In this document: positions 63,389 through 64,000 of the stretch, piece after piece
How positions within the stretch are numbered: position 1 is the first letter of the stretch
How the letters are laid out: each line of letters opens with the position of its first letter
NCBI GenBank assembly: GCA_020137815.1
Contig: CM035358.1
Location: 3,782,001-3,846,000, forward strand
From: Hormiphora californensis
Taxonomy: Eukaryota; Animalia; Ctenophora
DNA length: 64,000 bases
Reading direction: 5' to 3'
Made by a program: the position numbers and the translations under genes
Notes under the pieces: model-generated
What the model saw: the letters and a program-made list of their open reading frames with translations, nothing else
Databases searched by the model: none
Told to the model about the DNA's origin: nothing

Positions 63389-64000
63389 GAGAGCAATTCA
63401 AAACAGAGAGAAATGTTTGGAGACAGAGAGAGAGAGGTAAATAGAGAGAATCATAGATAGAGAACAATTAGAAAAGTCTCCAAATGTAAAAAACGGGCCG
63501 TGGTTTATGATTATTTTATTCAAGGTCACATACTATACGAATGCCAGCAGGGACCTTCTACTAGGATCACTTTTTACATTTCAAGATCCTTAGGATCGTA
63601 AGTTTGGATCAGGAGATGGATTATATCTAACTCCTAACCCACTCTTTAGTTTATATCACATGATGGCTAGGTGATAATGTCGTGAAATGAGCCATGGCCT
63701 CTCTAATCAGGCGACTTTCCCGCAAGTGGCGGCTCCCAAACCTCCCAAAACCCATCGATACCTACTGTGAGGACGACTTCGGGGTCACTTCTGTAAGTTT
63801 AGAAATTCTTCTGGGTCACTTCTGTAAGGTTAGAAATAGCCGTGATAACTAGTCGGGACTTGCAATTTTTGCTATCCATTTTTCAAGGGTTAGATTTGCG
63901 ATTATTTAACCCTCCTCCCCCCTCTCCCAGGTGTTTAAACATGGCTACCCCACGGATCCTAGCTGTTTTACATTCGACCCAGCAACCCGGTTACTAGCTA

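Noticed and set aside
63970-64000. Possible Helitron 3' ends (…CCCGGTTACTAG here; CTAGT at ~61704)
   Set aside because: The hairpins are weak and no 5' end is identifiable.

Overview
Eukaryotic, intron-rich animal DNA with many (AG)n microsatellites and one 100-N gap (52514-52613). From my recollection of its repeat families it resembles a ctenophore (Pleurobrachia-like); this is inference. Genes, left to right: 3' end of a NOX5-like oxidase (+); TMEM65 (-); WDSUB1 (-), with a nested GPCR, a nested lectin-like gene and an ORF1-only retroelement in its introns; frameshifted SEC20/BNIP1 (-); an unknown ~100-aa ORF in two copies (-); NFU1 (-); ATF6 (+); an Ig/FN3 receptor tyrosine kinase (-) with a same-strand intronless coiled-coil ORF in a kinase intron; and an SVOP-like MFS transporter (-). 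Main signal: NFU1, ORF102, SEC20 and WDSUB1 lie head-to-tail about 140-200 nt apart (discounting a local duplication), and most genes have a 3' splice acceptor 2-8 nt before the ATG. This suggests a trans-spliced, operon-like unit. Mobile DNA includes a Penelope-like fragment with a hammerhead ribozyme core, fold-back DNA transposons, a truncated LINE and MITEs. Many 1-bp frameshifts between about 7 and 24 kb may be sequencing errors. Exon coordinates were read by eye and may be off by a few bases.
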